NCBI RefSeq assembly: GCF_006345805.1
Contig: NW_021828111.1
Location: forward strand, 1 to 9,061
DNA from: Octopus sinensis
Taxonomy: Eukaryota
DNA: 9,061 nucleotides
Direction: 5' to 3'
Shown: positions 7,366-9,061 of the stretch, piece after piece
How positions within the stretch are numbered: position 1 is the first letter of the stretch
Layout of the letters: every line of letters starts with the position of its first letter
Program-made: the position numbers and the translations under genes
Notes under the pieces: model-generated
Database searches by the model: none
The model's input: the letters and a program-made list of their open reading frames with translations, nothing else
Told to the model about the DNA's origin: nothing

Positions 7366-7967
7366 CTAGCAGTATCGCCCGGCGTTGCTTGGGTTTGTAA
7401 GGGAAATAACTATATAAGCATTTTTAGAGAGTTACTTCCCTTATATAAAAGCAAAGAAAAATGCATTAAAAATGGGAAAAAATGATGGTAAAATTTTTTA
7501 AATCGTTGACTCATCGTAGACATTTTTAGAGAGTTACTTCCCTTATATAATAGCGAAAAAAATGCATTAAAATGGGAAAAAATTATGGTAAATTTTTTTT
7601 TAAAATCGTTGACTCATCGTAGACATTTTTAGAGAGTTACTTCCCATATATAATAGCGAAAAAAATGCATTAAAATGGAAAAAAATGATGGTAAATTATT
7701 TTTTAAATCGTTGACTCATCGTAGACATTTTTAGAGAGTTACTTCCCTTATATAATAGCGAAAAAATGCATTAAAATGGAAAAAATGATGGTAATTATTT
7801 AAAATCGTAGTAGACTCATTGTAGACGCGCGCGCTAATACCCAGAAGGGCTTGATATGAATCACGACTATAAGATACCCGCTTTTGGTACACTGCACGCA
7901 AAATGTGGAGTATTAGGAATCTAAATCGTAGGAGACAGACACACAACTTGACTTTTATATATAAAGG
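7366..7967 (-). mobile_element. Non-autonomous Helitron, copy 1, with four internal ~102-bp tandem units
   Basis: The minus-strand 3' end is CTAG|T preceded by a hairpin (plus-strand cccggcgttgcttggg, 7378-7393). Units start at 7419, 7521, 7624 and 7726. The 5' end is slightly mutated (tatataaagga versus tatataaagat). Colinear with copy 2. Confidence 0.85.
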
Positions 7968-7974
7968 AAATATA

Positions 7975-8082
7975 TGAGGGTGAGTCAAAAAGTAAGGCCA
8001 TTTTGTTTAGGACAGGTATAATTACCAACACAGGAACATGTATCATACATCAAAATGAAACTGGTCCTCTGTGGATCACTCC
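7975..8082. mobile_element. Mariner-like terminal fragment
   Basis: TA|tgagggtgagtcaaaaagtaa resembles mariner TIRs of the TA-CGAGGGTGAGTCAAA type with a CpG transition. No partner TIR and no transposase are present. Confidence 0.5.
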
Positions 8083-8143
8083 AAACTTACAGGGAAAAAT
8101 TCAATTTAGTATTAAATCAAATTTCACAATATATAATATATAT

Positions 8144-8556
8144 ACTCTTTACTCTTTTACTTGTTTCAGTCATTTGACTGCGGCCATGCTGGAGCATCGC
8201 CTTTAGTCGAGCAAATCGACCCCGGGACTTATTCTTTGTAAGCCCAGTACTTATTCTATGGGTCTCTTTTTGCCGAACTGCTAAGTGAAGGGGACGTAAA
8301 CACACCAGCATCAGTTGTCAAGCAATGCTAGGGAGACAAACACAGGTACACAAACACATACACACACATACATATATATATACACATATATACGACAGGT
8401 TCTTTCAGTTTCCGTCTACCAAGTGCACTCACAAAGGCATTGGTCAGCCCGGGGCTATAGCAGAGAGAAGACACTTGCCAAGATCCAACGCAGTGGGACT
8501 GAACCCGGAACCATGTGGTTGGTTAGCAAGACTTACCACACAGCCACTCCTGTGCC
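8144..8556 (-). mobile_element. SINE family 2, full length, in a TA-rich site
   Basis: Colinear with 4488-4885 and flanked by tatatata on both sides. Confidence 0.92.
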
Positions 8557-8562
8557 TATATA

Positions 8563-9015
8563 TAAATCAGAGGAAAACCACTATTATGCAATTCAAACAA
8601 TGACAGACATAAAGCAAAACATAAATAACAAATAAAATTTTATTTTTTATTTATGACTAGCAGTATCGCCCGGCGTTGCTCGGGTTTGTAAGGGAAATAA
8701 CTATATAAGCATTTTTAGAGAGTTACTTCCCTTATATAAAAGGAGCCAAAAATCATTAAAAATGCAGAAAAATGATGGTAAATTTTTTTAAAATCGTAGA
8801 CTCATCGTAGACGCGCACTAATAGCCAGACGGGCTCGATACGAATCACGACTATAAGATACCCGCTTTTGGTTAAACTGCACCGCAAAACGTGGGAGTAG
8901 TTAGGAATCTAAATCGGAGTAGACAGACACACACACAACTTTAGTTTTATATATAAAGATTTGGTTTATGTCTATCATTGTTTGAATTGCATAATAGTGG
9001 TTTTTCTCTAATTTA
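8563..9015. repeat. Foldback palindrome / MITE-like element (~150 bp) split by Helitron copy 2
   Basis: 8563-8618 matches the reverse complement of 8960-9015 at 52/56. 8620-8655 is itself a 36-bp palindrome with one mismatched pair. (TA)n flanks both ends. Confidence 0.85.
8657..8959 (-). mobile_element. Non-autonomous Helitron, copy 2 (303 bp), with a single internal unit
   Basis: The minus strand reads A|TC...CTAG|T, i.e. insertion between A and T with no TSD. The hairpin cccgagcaacgccggg lies 12 nt from the 3' end (8669-8684). The single unit spans 8710-8811. Confidence 0.9.
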
Positions 9016-9061
9016 TATATATATACACTCACTATATAATATATATACATATATATATATT

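Noticed and set aside
8087-8130. TA-cagggaaaaattc as another Tc1-like TIR
   Set aside because: No partner inverted copy and no transposase sequence lie in the window; the match is too short to support.

Overview
AT-rich eukaryotic non-coding DNA, almost certainly from an octopus or other coleoid cephalopod, judging by the repeat families. It is a dense nest of transposon debris with no intact host gene, RNA gene or CRISPR array. Contents: two tRNA-derived SINE families, one of them in multimeric tandem arrays; two copies of a non-autonomous Helitron with 4 versus 1 internal ~102-bp units; a ~150-bp zero-spacer palindrome interrupted by one Helitron; decayed hAT (Charlie/ZBED5-like), Tc1/mariner (DD37D/maT and mariner-like) and RTE-LINE fragments; microsatellites; and a ~1.3-kb degenerate coding-like stretch I could not assign. 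Almost all supplied ORFs are artefacts of repeats. Family names come from motif recognition from memory, not database searches. I found no evidence for a new functional system; the best leads are structural.
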